NCBI GenBank assembly: GCA_964489835.1
Contig: CAZBBC010000005.1
Coordinates: 26,123-90,122 of the forward strand
Origin: an uncultured Calditrichota bacterium
Lineage (GTDB): Bacteria > Calditrichota > Calditrichia > JAJRVZ01
Length of the DNA stretch: 64,000 nt
Reading direction: 5' to 3'
Shown: positions 1 to 9,899 of the stretch, in pieces
Layout of the letters: each line of letters opens with the position of its first letter
How positions within the stretch are numbered: position 1 is the first letter of the stretch
Made by a program: the position numbers and the translations under genes
The notes under the pieces: generated by a model
What the model was told of the DNA's origin: nothing
Seen by the model: only the letters and a program-made list of their open reading frames with translations
The model's database searches: none

Positions 1-357
1 TATAGCTAATGATCTCAATCGCTTTTTCCCATTGCGAAACATGTAAATCAAGATCGCGGGCAAAAGCATTACCGGTTCCTGTAGGCAGGACACCAATTGG
101 AATTTTTTTCTTTTGTTGATTCTTATAATAGCCATTAATTACTTCAAAAAGCGTACCGTCGCCTCCGGCGGAAACGAGTCCATCATATTTATCAAAATCA
201 GCATGACGGACAATTTCAGTGGCATGTTCCGGGTAGTCGGTTAAACAAAGATCGAAATCGATATGGTGATCAGTAAACATCGATTCTACCAACGGTAGTA
301 ATTTTTTTGCCCGTTTGTGGCCGGCTTGAGGATTATATATCAGGAGAATTTTCATTA
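1..357 (-). CDS. DAGK-catalytic-domain lipid kinase (YegS/BmrU-like); 3' end lies outside window
   Basis: Minus-strand ORF running off the window start; ATG at 355-357; N-terminus MKILLIYNPQAGHKRA...SAGGDGTLFEV...GVLPTGTGNAFARDL carries the GGDGT and PxGTGN lipid-kinase motifs. Confidence 0.6.
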
Positions 358-548
358 TTGATTGCTTTCATGATGGATGACCCGCTGCTTATTTAAGCTA
401 AAGATTTTTATTTTCGATATCAATTAACAAGATAAAAACAGAAAAATGCATAAATTATTATTTTACCGATTATGTCAATTACTTTCTAAAAATTGTATAG
501 ATTGCTTTCCCGACGTGTCGGGACTCACAATGACGACCACATATCATT

Positions 549-1943
549 TCAAACATCTAAAAGGGCTCCCCTCTGTGTTAAAATCTGACGTACTTTCTTA
601 AAATTCACGCTGCGAGGGTTACATTTCTGTTTAATCGCCAGGGCCGTGGTTATCCCTGCAGCCTGTCCCATCATCGATCCGGTGGTACTCACGCGTGCTG
701 ATGAGAGCGCCAGCTGATCGGCCGAAAAACAGCGTCCGGCCATCATTAAATTTTTTCCGTCTTTTGCAATCAATGAGCGTATCGGAATCTGGTATGGAGG
801 TACTTCTAATTGATCTTTTGGTAAAATATAGGTGCGTTTATCATCATCAGGTTTATGACCGTCCAGATAATAGGTTCCCCGGGCGACACCATCTTCAAAT
901 GCGCGTCCGGCACGCAGATCATCAACGGTGAGTACGTAATCACCCAGTATCCGGCAGCCTTCACGAATACCAATAATTGGAGAACAATGATCCAATAACC
1001 AGTTTTTTTTCTCTACTCTCTGGAAATAATCTAATACTTCCATCATTCGTCGGCGGGCGTGGATCTCCGCGGTTGTTAGACTTTCTGTGTTTGTTGAATC
1101 AAACATGGGTATTTTAATTTTAATCGCATTGGCACCGGGGCCATCCGGCCAGATACTGGTCATTGGCAGATCTTCCTTGGTTTCAATACGCTGAAACCAG
1201 CCTTCTGGGAGTTGAATCTTTGCATATTCCGGGTCAACATGACGAATAAAAAACATCAGTGACATAGGTAATTGCAGATTATCCGAAGGTCTGCCCTTTA
1301 TTGTCTGAAAACCGAGAGAGCGGGCGACATCAGCTTCCCCCGTACAATCAATAAATTGCTTCGCCCGGATGGCTTCTAATCCCGATTTACCACTGACCAA
1401 ACACTCGGTAATCTGACCATTTTTTATCTGAGCATCTACAAATCGGGTATGCAAAAGTAACTTAACCTTGCGCCGGTAAAGAAGCTCTTGCAGAATAATT
1501 GCCAGGATTTCATAATGAAAGACAGAATCACGTTTGGGACCTCCTAATGCCTGAAAATCTTTCAGATCGGTGAGAATGGAATCAAATACTTCACCCTGCC
1601 CATTCATCTGACCACAAAAATTAGCCACACCGCCGGTTGTTAACATTCCACCGGTTACAGCAAATCTTTCAATGAGTATAACCTTAGCACCGGATTTAGC
1701 GGCAGCGCAGGCAGCAGAGATTCCGGCAATTCCACCACCGACAACAACGATATCGGCTTCATAGCGGACGGGCACCTTACGTGTATATTGAATATCCTGA
1801 CTATCCGATGTTGTGCTGTCCGGTGACGAATCGGGAAGTTTTTTGTTTTTTGGTTGGAAAGCATGCGCAGAAAGAACAGATGCGCCTGCTGTTGCCCAGG
1901 CTGTCTTAGTTAAAAATATTCTTCTAGTCCAGTCTTTTATCAT
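549..1943 (-). CDS. FAD-dependent oxidoreductase (PF12831-like), secreted via TAT-type signal
   Basis: 464-aa ORF; N-terminal RRIFLTKTAWATAGASVLSAHA twin-arginine signal; dinucleotide fold VVVGGGIAGISAACAAAKSGAKVILIER. Confidence 0.7.
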   Translation of the reverse strand: MIKDWTRRIFLTKTAWATAGASVLSAHAFQPKNKKLPDSSPDSTTSDSQDIQYTRKVPVRYEADIVVVGGGIAGISAACAAAKSGAKVILIERFAVTGGMLTTGGVANFCGQMNGQGEVFDSILTDLKDFQALGGPKRDSVFHYEILAIILQELLYRRKVKLLLHTRFVDAQIKNGQITECLVSGKSGLEAIRAKQFIDCTGEADVARSLGFQTIKGRPSDNLQLPMSLMFFIRHVDPEYAKIQLPEGWFQRIETKEDLPMTSIWPDGPGANAIKIKIPMFDSTNTESLTTAEIHARRRMMEVLDYFQRVEKKNWLLDHCSPIIGIREGCRILGDYVLTVDDLRAGRAFEDGVARGTYYLDGHKPDDDKRTYILPKDQLEVPPYQIPIRSLIAKDGKNLMMAGRCFSADQLALSSARVSTTGSMMGQAAGITTALAIKQKCNPRSVNFKKVRQILTQRGALLDV

Positions 1944-1999
1944 TTATCCTCCTTTTTCTTTTCTTGTCATCCAATGCGGTTTATGTGGGTGATTTTTTT

Positions 2000-2066
2000 A
2001 CCACAGAGCACACGAAGTTTTTAAATATTTTTATTATCTTCGTGGGCTTCGCGCACTTCGTGGTTC
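2000..2066. repeat. heptamer inverted-repeat element (CACAGAG/CACGAAG arms flanking AT-rich loop)
   Basis: accacagagcacacgaag ... tttttaaatatttttattat ... cttcgtgggcttcgcgcacttcgtggtt; same architecture as elements at 17608, 34204, 42835, 50730, 57050. Confidence 0.6.
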
Positions 2067-2335
2067 AATAAATACTGACTTTCTTTGTGATCGGCGCCTG
2101 TCCTCAAGACTGATTGGTCGAAGGACGCCTTCTTGGTGTTTAATTTTTAATAACTTTTTTTACGGCTGGCTCTTCTTATCATTTACAATATTTTGAATAA
2201 TATATGTGATACCAGAGAACAATGCCACCATCATCCGGAGAAAAAAAAGTCATTGAGTTTTAAGCGTGATTGAAAAACCTGTAGAGTAATTCCAATTTAG
2301 TGGGTCTAAAGGAGAGTTTATTAACGATATAAAAT

Positions 2336-2364
2336 AAAAAAACCCCGGCTACAATTAGCCGGGG
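2336..2364 (-). terminator. rho-independent terminator downstream of cspA
   Basis: 8-bp GC stem ccccggct/agccgggg with 6-nt loop; on minus strand followed by a 7-nt U-tract (RC of aaaaaaa at 2336-2342); 23 nt after the csp stop. Confidence 0.75.
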
Positions 2365-2386
2365 TTTCTCATTTAACGTATAAAAA

Positions 2387-2587
2387 TTAAATTTTTGTTA
2401 CGTTAGTTGCCTGCAATCCTTTTGGACCCTGGCCAACCTCAAATTCAACTTTGTCGCCTTCTTCCAGTGATCTGTAACCATCACCTTGGATAGCGTTGTA
2501 GTGCACAAAGACGTCATCGCCTTCTTCTCTGGTGATGAAACCATAACCCTTAGCGCCATTGAACCACTTGACAGTTCCTTTTTCCAT
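2387..2587 (-). CDS. cspA: cold-shock protein (CspA family)
   Basis: 66 aa; [30 protein letters not shown] has canonical RNP1/RNP2 cold-shock domain motifs; long AT-rich 5' UTR region upstream. Confidence 0.95.
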   Translation of the reverse strand: MEKGTVKWFNGAKGYGFITREEGDDVFVHYNAIQGDGYRSLEEGDKVEFEVGQGPKGLQATNVTKI

Positions 2588-2968
2588 TACATTTACCTCT
2601 TAAAAAAAATATGTGTTGCGTACATCTGTGTTTCCAGCCTGTTCCGGACAAAAAAAAATCGCTTTGAATAGTACTATGTACCATTCTCAACGAATTCCTT
2701 TTTTGTCTAACGAGCATCCAACATAAACAGTGTTATCACCAGATACAGAAAGGCGAAAAAAACAAGTACAATTAATTAGTGATATAATATACAACGAATA
2801 AAATGAAATCGCAACAATTAATTGTATCTCTTAATTTTTTATCATTGGGCCCTACTCACTTGAGATCTGTGTAAAACACTGATATTGCAGAGATTGTCAT
2901 ATATTTATATTGTATTATACCCCCTGGATACTTCATTTCTGCAATACTAATATTTATTCCTTTATACC

Positions 2969-3958
2969 TTATACCTTTACCCAATATCCGCTGACAGCAC
3001 TTTTTTTAATTGCTTCGATCACTTTCATGTTAGCTACCGAATCTTCAAGTGGAGTAGGAACAGGTATATTATTTTGAATTGTCCGGGAAAACAGATCGCC
3101 CTGAATGGAATATTGATCACAGCGGTCAAATATAATTTCTTTTACCTCTGACTCTGTCTGATGCCAGATTTTGCAAGCTATATCGGGAGGAGCAATAAAG
3201 GGGGTTTCAATTTCCACTCTTCCCCTGGTGCCAAAAATGTTAACATGTTGATATTCGCTCAACTGTGTTGCACAGGTGAAAGTTGAAATCTCATCGCCAA
3301 AATCCAGAATAGCTGACGCATGGCGATCCACATTGAATCGGGGGTCGTATTCGAGAACACCCAAAACACGTTCGGGTTCCCTTTCAAACAGAAATCGTGA
3401 AAGAGAAATATTATAACAACCAATATCCATCAGACTTCCACCGCCCAATTCAACTTTGTTCCCAATGCTGGCGGGATCATCGTCAAAATAAGAAAAGAAG
3501 GATTGAATACTTTTTAAGTCTCCAATTTTTCCGCTACGAACGATTTGTTTTGTTTTCTGCCACTGCGGATGAAAACGATACATAAAGGCTTCCATCACCT
3601 TTAAATTCGGGTAGTCAGAGGAAACCCTCAGAAGTTTCTGAGCTTCGGTGGCATCCATGCTTATCGGTTTTTCACAAAGCACATGTTTACCTGCCTCTAA
3701 TGATTTGATTGTCCAGTCAACATGCATGTGATTGGGTAAAGGAATATAAACCGCTTCTATCTCTTTATCATTTAACAACTCCTGATAAGAGCCATAAAAT
3801 TTTTGAATGTTTAATTTTGATGCTATTTTTTTTGCTTTTTCAATATTCCGCGAGGCGATGGCCTTGACTTCCGAATATTCCCCCTTTTGCATGGCCGGAA
3901 TTACTTTTTCTACAGCAATAGATGCTGTACTCAACACCCCCCAGGTAATTTGTTTCAT
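2969..3958 (-). CDS. Gfo/Idh/MocA family NAD(P)-dependent oxidoreductase
   Basis: Rossmann N-terminus MKQITWGVLSTASIAVEKVIPAMQ and EKP motif (HVLCEKP). Start moved to ATG at 3958 because the ORF-track N-terminal extension overlaps the upstream gene. Confidence 0.8.
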   Translation of the reverse strand: MKQITWGVLSTASIAVEKVIPAMQKGEYSEVKAIASRNIEKAKKIASKLNIQKFYGSYQELLNDKEIEAVYIPLPNHMHVDWTIKSLEAGKHVLCEKPISMDATEAQKLLRVSSDYPNLKVMEAFMYRFHPQWQKTKQIVRSGKIGDLKSIQSFFSYFDDDPASIGNKVELGGGSLMDIGCYNISLSRFLFEREPERVLGVLEYDPRFNVDRHASAILDFGDEISTFTCATQLSEYQHVNIFGTRGRVEIETPFIAPPDIACKIWHQTESEVKEIIFDRCDQYSIQGDLFSRTIQNNIPVPTPLEDSVANMKVIEAIKKSAVSGYWVKV

Positions 3959-4029
3959 CGCATCCTTCCCAATATCTTCAAACCGTCCATTTTCTTTGGG
4001 CTCTTTAAGAAAATTAACTCGATCGATAG

Positions 4030-5229
4030 TTATGACTGCTTTCGCGCTTTTCGATAAAACATTGTGAGTCCGACTCCAAGAATTAATACCAGTAAACAAA
4101 TGGTGACGATTATGGACATTTGCAGAGGAGATTCATTTACATTGGTGACAGATTTTTCGGTATCCGGATCCCCGCGACTGGCTGAAGAGGTAATATTACT
4201 GCTTTTTGTATGATCCGCCTGCTTATTTCCAGGAACAGAACCGGTATCAGCTTCTGCATTCTGGATTTTATTTAAGAGGGCGGGGTTGTAATAACCGGTT
4301 CTCATGATTCGACCTATTTCCATCTTTATCAGGGGATTTTCGGGATCAAATCCCAGATTCTTTACCAGGTGATCATGCCATTTTTTATTCCAGCGGATGG
4401 GCAACATCGTTCCCAGAATCCAGTTTTTATCAATATCGCATTCACAATCGGCGCCGACCATGAAAAGAATATCACTGAGATTATTTTTCGTTATTTCCTC
4501 ATTTTTGAATAAGGGGCCCATCCAGCGGGCTCTGCCATAAATAACAGCCGCATGGGGTTTGTCGATTTTATCGATATCCAGACCAAGACTCCAGAGCAGA
4601 ATTTTTTCACGGGCGAATGATGCCCTCTTTATTACCATCAAAACCGGCGGATGGTCGATAGGCTTAGGCATCATATCCATTTTTTTGCTGAGTCTTTCGA
4701 TAGCAGAGGTAGCCGCTTTATCGGCTCTGCTATTTTCTTTTTTATTATTTCCTTCGATTAATAGTACAACAGCATAGTGCTCGATCGTCTTCTGAAGGAT
4801 TTCATCACGTTTTGGTGAAAAAAGAAGCTCATTAAGTGACGAGCTTAAGGATTGTTTAAATCCAACATCAGTTTTCGTTAGTGAGAGAGCAATAAATTGT
4901 CCATCGGGGGACACGAGAATGGCCGAGGGAAATGAGTTGATCTGTAATGAATCCAGGTAATGAATCGCCGGATGGTCCTTTTGATCATCAATATTGATCA
5001 ATTCGAATATAATATTGCTGTCCTTTAAATAATCAGGGGCTAAGCTGGAAAAACTGGAGATAATATCGGCTCCTGTTTCGCTCTTGATGTAACCGAACAG
5101 ATAATATTGTTCTCTGCCCAGATCAGAGAAACCGACTTCACGTACATTATATTGACACGAATAGACCGGGTGAATATGAAAAAAACTCCACAAACCGAGG
5201 ATGAATATAAATTTATATCGTCTGATCAC
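4030..5229 (-). CDS. hypothetical bitopic membrane/secreted protein (N-terminal signal, Ser/Thr/Asp-rich linker, C-terminal TM anchor)
   Basis: 399 aa; signal MIRRYKFIFILGLWSFFHIHPVYSC; C-terminal hydrophobic IIVTICLLVLILGVGLTMFYRKARK; no recognisable family; operonic between the PQQ/PA14 giant protein and Gfo/Idh/MocA. Confidence 0.5.
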   Translation of the reverse strand: MIRRYKFIFILGLWSFFHIHPVYSCQYNVREVGFSDLGREQYYLFGYIKSETGADIISSFSSLAPDYLKDSNIIFELINIDDQKDHPAIHYLDSLQINSFPSAILVSPDGQFIALSLTKTDVGFKQSLSSSLNELLFSPKRDEILQKTIEHYAVVLLIEGNNKKENSRADKAATSAIERLSKKMDMMPKPIDHPPVLMVIKRASFAREKILLWSLGLDIDKIDKPHAAVIYGRARWMGPLFKNEEITKNNLSDILFMVGADCECDIDKNWILGTMLPIRWNKKWHDHLVKNLGFDPENPLIKMEIGRIMRTGYYNPALLNKIQNAEADTGSVPGNKQADHTKSSNITSSASRGDPDTEKSVTNVNESPLQMSIIVTICLLVLILGVGLTMFYRKARKQS

Positions 5230-5311
5230 TATTATCCTCCGGTATCAGGTAAACATAACAAATTGTACACTGAGGAGTAATTCTATCATAGTTTTCCTTT
5301 TCTACCGCTTT

Positions 5312-8300
5312 CTATTCTTTAGTTTTATGAAATAGTACACGGGCAGTAATTTCCTGCTTTTTTAGAGTGGTGCTTTCCCAGCTTACTTTCAAATCCTTAG
5401 ATCCTCCCATTTGAAAGTATTTTACTTTAATCGGATATTCTCCCGCTTTTAAGGCAATTTTTCCGGATTTTTCAATCGTGCCATGTCCGCCATCATTATC
5501 GATCAATTCCTCTTCATTCAGAAATAATTTGCTTCCATCATTCGATGCGAGGTAAAAAATATAGATATCATCCTCCGGAATAAGGATATATCCGTGATAA
5601 ATGTAACCAAATTCATTGACACCATTACGCGGTTTCATTTCAAACTGCGTCATGAGCCCGGACTTTACAGGCTTGGCTTTATCAAGATCGGCAACTGACC
5701 GATAGGAACCTTCAAAATAGTCGCACTGGAGTCCGACTTCAATGTTACCCGGATCTATCACCCTGGCATATTCTACCTTTTTAAAATTTTCCGTCACAAC
5801 AAAGCTTGTGGCCTGATTATTAGCAAAGGCGCGCATTTTAAGCGTTATCGGATTATTTAGCGGAAATGGTCTGGTATATAATTTCGATTGCAGTGTCGGT
5901 TCGGTCCCATCAACCGTATAACGAATACGTGCTCCTTTTGTATCACAAGCCAGAACGACTTTAGTTGTACCAACAAAGTATGTATTATTAGAGCTCACAT
6001 AAGGCGTAGGAACTGTTGAATTACCACCGAAACATCGAACAGACCCATCTTCCAAAGTAACAATAATCTTTCCATCACGACTTATCGCAAGTCCCCAGGG
6101 TACCGGCGAATATTCCAAAGGTTGCGACCAAAGCACTCTTCCATTACTGAGATCAAGAACAACGATATCTGTTTTTTCAGCGATAACGACAGCATTTTTA
6201 CAAGCTGCCAGGGCAACACTTCCCTCACAATTGTATTCCCAGTAGGGCTCGGAGGGAATATCGAGATTTGCCCAGATTGGAGCGAGATATCCTGTAAAAC
6301 TCTGTCCTCTAACACTATTATTTAAAACATTTTTATCAATAGGCGGATAGCATAAAACTTTTTTCTGGTTCACCCAAACGATATCCCGTTTGCCGACAGA
6401 TGTGTGCAACAATTTATTTTTAACCGTTTCGTCGTATACGGTATGTTTGGGGTGACTGTAAAATGGTTTACCGCTGGCGACGACATGATCTCCAACGAGA
6501 TAGAGTTCCCAACCGCGCGGGCTGAGTGATTCACAATTTTTAAGGAGTTCAGGATCGTTAAGGCACCGGCCATCGGTAACATCATAAACAGCTGGTGAGA
6601 GTGATGTACCACTTGCCATATAAAGTCTGTCTTTTTTAAGAAGTAAATGTCCCATGACGCTTGCCCCTGTGCGGGCCTCGGGATATAAATGGCCCGAGGT
6701 ATTGTTCTGCCATTTTATTTTCCCGGTTGCCGCGTCAAGTGCATAGACATGTGTTCCGTCATAATTAACGATTCCGGCAGCTGCATAGGCAATACCATCC
6801 TGAACCCGTACACCGCTGGCTACGGGCCAGGTCGAAATCAAAGATCCATAAACGGGAATCTTACGATCTATAGGAGCGGCCCGGAATCGCCAGATCATAT
6901 CACCTGTCCGTGCTTCCAGACAATATACATACCCATCCCCTGATCCAATCAGCAACCGGCCATTCCATACAGTTGGTGCCAGACGGACAGCGCCTCCGGT
7001 ATAGGCTTGCCAAACAAGCTGGCCGCTTATAACATCCACTGCCCGTACGACACCGTCAGAGCTTCCATAAAATACAAGGCCATCAACAGTAACCGGGGCT
7101 GTCAGTACCGTATAATGTTCATGTCCGAAAACATTTGTGGTCACAATATAGCCATCGTATTCCGGGAATCGCCAGAGCTCGTATCCCTTTTTAGAAATCA
7201 AGGCATTGCTCGTTACCCGGCATTGATTGTCCTTGCGAAAAGAGGGCCAATCGGCAGGAGTTTCGATCATGTTATTGATCATGGATAAATCGGCAGTGCC
7301 TTTTTCCAGCCGCTCTTCCTCTTTTGCCTTTATATTAAATCCAAAGTCACCGGCCGGACCCAGACAGTTAAAACCATAAATTGATAGTTGACAATCACAG
7401 ACAAATGGCCAAAAATAGAGCTGTCCATTGGCAATGGTGACACCGTCGAAACACGGCGGTCGCATTGGTGATATCCATTGAGGCATATAACTAGCAAGAT
7501 CGAAGCGAACCGTACCACCATTGGCTCTGAAAAATATAGCATCAGCGGTAGCACTGGGTCGGGTACAGGCCCTGCGGCCTGTGGGCAAATCTGCCAGGAT
7601 CTCACCGGTGAGAGGATCAAATTTTTTACTTACATTATTCCGCCAGGGACCACTGATACCAAATAAACCATCGTCTCGCAGAACAATTTGAAAATTATTG
7701 TAAGAATTTTTCCACAAAACACTACCGTCTTCAGTTGAAACGGCGAGTAGTTTGTCAATTTGTGGTCCTGCAAAATACAAGGCGTCGTCCGAACATAAAA
7801 TATAATTTCTGGTTCGCCAATTGGTTTCCCAGCTCTGCCGGGGAAGATATTCACCGAAGGCTTCAAATAGCTCCGGTGCGTTTTCTCTAGTTTTTCTCCA
7901 GATAATTTTACCGGATTTTGCGTTAAGGCAGGTCAAAAATGATCCGAATCGAAACAGGTAGATCCGACCGTTCTTCAAACCGGTACCGCGGCTGTCGATG
8001 GCTTCATCTTCCTGGTAATGCCACAGAACCTTGCCGGTTATGGGATTCATAGCCAGCATGTTCTTACCGAATCCCCATGAATGTTCAGATTGATTGAAGC
8101 CTTTTGATATGTCTGTCCAGGGCCACCCATGTTTTTGACGGCGCCATCGCATCACCGGATCCTTTTGCTCCTGATCTCCGATAAGCGCATAGAGAACATC
8201 GTCTTCCATTCCCATCCATTTCCAGAAAGTTCCTCCGGCAACTTCTAATGGGGGCTTGATCTCACCCTTTAGTTGACCCGTTTCTGTATCGATCAGCTTA

Positions 8301-9109
8301 CAGGATTTGTCATCACCCACAAATAGAGTTGTGGGTGTGGCGATCATCGTATTGCGGTGGAGCATTATGCCCGGAACCAAATCACGCTTCCATAGCATAG
8401 TACCATTATAACCATTAAAGGCCACTAAGGTATTTAGAAATGGTTCCTCCCGTTCATGGAAGGCGACATTTCCAAATCCCTTGAATACACGTCCTGCTGA
8501 TGCCACTGCTACCTGTGTCACCGGTCCATAATAAGGTTCAGCCAGGAATTGGGTCAGATAGGGTGCCAAGACAACCTTGTCTTTGGATTGTGTGTTGTTA
8601 TCCGGACCGTGATAAGGATGACTCCAGTCATCGACACCTTCAGGAAAAGGCTTAACCAGATCTTTGTTTTTAAATAGTGCTTTTCCCTCCGGCCGCAGAA
8701 TTCTGAGTACTTCATTTTCTGTAATGTGTAGCGTATCGCTTAAAGCGATAAGCACATCAGCAATGTTATCAGCAAGATTAATTGTTTGGGGGTCACTTTT
8801 CTCGACATAAATACGCGTCCCATAAAATCCGGCGGCATCAGCTGCCCGGCGTGCGGCCAATACCTGATCATCCTTTGACAAAGGGACATAAATTACCAAT
8901 TCACTTTTTTGGACCAGATCGAGGGAGAATTTGCAATTTTGATCACTCAACACAACGCAAATGCCCCGTGAAACACCTATCCTGTCAAGAATCTTATCAT
9001 CAACTGTACCTGTTTGTTGAAAATCACCTTTCTCTTCCTGACAGTTTAGACAAATCACCGCTAACAGAGTCACAGTCAGTATAAAAAATAGCCTCCGGAA
9101 GGATTTCAT
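5312..9109 (-). CDS. large lipoprotein with PQQ-like beta-propeller repeats, Fn3/chitobiase-like module and C-terminal PA14 domain
   Basis: 1265 aa from the Met 12 codons in (MKSFRRLFFILTVTLLAVICLNC lipobox); repeated G-x-(V/I)-(L/I)-W PQQ/BamB-type blades (GKVLWHYQ, SGKIIWRK, DGSVLWKN, SGQLVWQA, TGDMIWRF, TGKIKWQN, NGRVLWSQ); C-terminal GLQCDYFEGSY...YIFYLASNDGSKLFLN matches PA14. Confidence 0.75.
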   Translation of the reverse strand: MKSFRRLFFILTVTLLAVICLNCQEEKGDFQQTGTVDDKILDRIGVSRGICVVLSDQNCKFSLDLVQKSELVIYVPLSKDDQVLAARRAADAAGFYGTRIYVEKSDPQTINLADNIADVLIALSDTLHITENEVLRILRPEGKALFKNKDLVKPFPEGVDDWSHPYHGPDNNTQSKDKVVLAPYLTQFLAEPYYGPVTQVAVASAGRVFKGFGNVAFHEREEPFLNTLVAFNGYNGTMLWKRDLVPGIMLHRNTMIATPTTLFVGDDKSCKLIDTETGQLKGEIKPPLEVAGGTFWKWMGMEDDVLYALIGDQEQKDPVMRWRRQKHGWPWTDISKGFNQSEHSWGFGKNMLAMNPITGKVLWHYQEDEAIDSRGTGLKNGRIYLFRFGSFLTCLNAKSGKIIWRKTRENAPELFEAFGEYLPRQSWETNWRTRNYILCSDDALYFAGPQIDKLLAVSTEDGSVLWKNSYNNFQIVLRDDGLFGISGPWRNNVSKKFDPLTGEILADLPTGRRACTRPSATADAIFFRANGGTVRFDLASYMPQWISPMRPPCFDGVTIANGQLYFWPFVCDCQLSIYGFNCLGPAGDFGFNIKAKEEERLEKGTADLSMINNMIETPADWPSFRKDNQCRVTSNALISKKGYELWRFPEYDGYIVTTNVFGHEHYTVLTAPVTVDGLVFYGSSDGVVRAVDVISGQLVWQAYTGGAVRLAPTVWNGRLLIGSGDGYVYCLEARTGDMIWRFRAAPIDRKIPVYGSLISTWPVASGVRVQDGIAYAAAGIVNYDGTHVYALDAATGKIKWQNNTSGHLYPEARTGASVMGHLLLKKDRLYMASGTSLSPAVYDVTDGRCLNDPELLKNCESLSPRGWELYLVGDHVVASGKPFYSHPKHTVYDETVKNKLLHTSVGKRDIVWVNQKKVLCYPPIDKNVLNNSVRGQSFTGYLAPIWANLDIPSEPYWEYNCEGSVALAACKNAVVIAEKTDIVVLDLSNGRVLWSQPLEYSPVPWGLAISRDGKIIVTLEDGSVRCFGGNSTVPTPYVSSNNTYFVGTTKVVLACDTKGARIRYTVDGTEPTLQSKLYTRPFPLNNPITLKMRAFANNQATSFVVTENFKKVEYARVIDPGNIEVGLQCDYFEGSYRSVADLDKAKPVKSGLMTQFEMKPRNGVNEFGYIYHGYILIPEDDIYIFYLASNDGSKLFLNEEELIDNDGGHGTIEKSGKIALKAGEYPIKVKYFQMGGSKDLKVSWESTTLKKQEITARVLFHKTKE

Positions 9110-9243
9110 CGATTCCGGCTTGCCAATATCTTCTTTTGTGTCCATTTTTATCTTTCCTCCTGTTGAAATGATAAAAGTACTCGATCGGTAATTATATTTA
9201 GTAAGGTACCCAGTGGCTTAAATTGTTCACATTTTTTTTGAAC

Positions 9244-9897
9244 TCATTCGATCCGGCCGTTTCTTAAATGAATGATACGATCGGCAAATGAGTCGGCCAT
9301 TTTTCCGTGAGTGACAAGGATTACCGTTCCTTTTTGACGGTGAAATTCCACAAGATATCCGATCACTTCCGAGGCATTTTCAGGGTCAAGATTTCCGGTT
9401 GGTTCATCAGCAAGGATGATTTTTGGTTTTTTTAGCAGGGCTCGTGCAATAGCGGTACGCTGATGCTCTCCGACACTGAGAGCGGATGGTTTGTGATGAG
9501 CACGCTCTGATATCTGAAAACGCTTCATCAGTTTCATTGCTTCGGCTTGTGCTTCAGGTTTGAAGCCGGCATTGACCGAGAGTAATATATTTTCGATACT
9601 GTTCAAATAAGGAATCAGGTGAAACATTTGAAAAACAAAACCAATATTTTCTGCCCGGAACTTTGCTCTTTTTCTCTCATTCAGAGCATATATATTGCTT
9701 TTATCAGATATAACCGTACCACTTGTCGGTTGCATCATTCCACCAAGGGTTAATAACAACGTGGTTTTTCCACTACCGCTGGGTCCCTGTATAACCACAA
9801 ACTCGCCGTCCTTAACCTCCATGTTTATATTCTCCAGGGCAATAACCATCTCAGCGCCGCTTCCATAATGCTTGGATACCTGTTCAAGTTTCAACAT
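9244..9897 (-). CDS. ABC transporter ATP-binding protein (LolD/MacB/FtsE family)
   Basis: Walker A GPSGSGKTT, signature LSVGEHQR, Walker B ILADEPTGNLD; start set to MLKLEQ (ATG 9895-9897), 2 nt after the permease stop. Confidence 0.9.
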   Translation of the reverse strand: MLKLEQVSKHYGSGAEMVIALENINMEVKDGEFVVIQGPSGSGKTTLLLTLGGMMQPTSGTVISDKSNIYALNERKRAKFRAENIGFVFQMFHLIPYLNSIENILLSVNAGFKPEAQAEAMKLMKRFQISERAHHKPSALSVGEHQRTAIARALLKKPKIILADEPTGNLDPENASEVIGYLVEFHRQKGTVILVTHGKMADSFADRIIHLRNGRIE

Positions 9898-9899
9898 AG

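Noticed and set aside
3959-4099. N-terminal 47-aa extension of the Gfo/Idh/MocA ORF
   Set aside because: It overlaps the upstream gene's 3' end, and the Rossmann fold begins right after the internal Met. The start was moved to 3958.
6082-9084. Seven 60-100-aa ORFs on both strands inside 5312-9145
   Set aside because: All are embedded in the 1265-aa PQQ/PA14 gene, whose reading frame is continuous and domain-rich.
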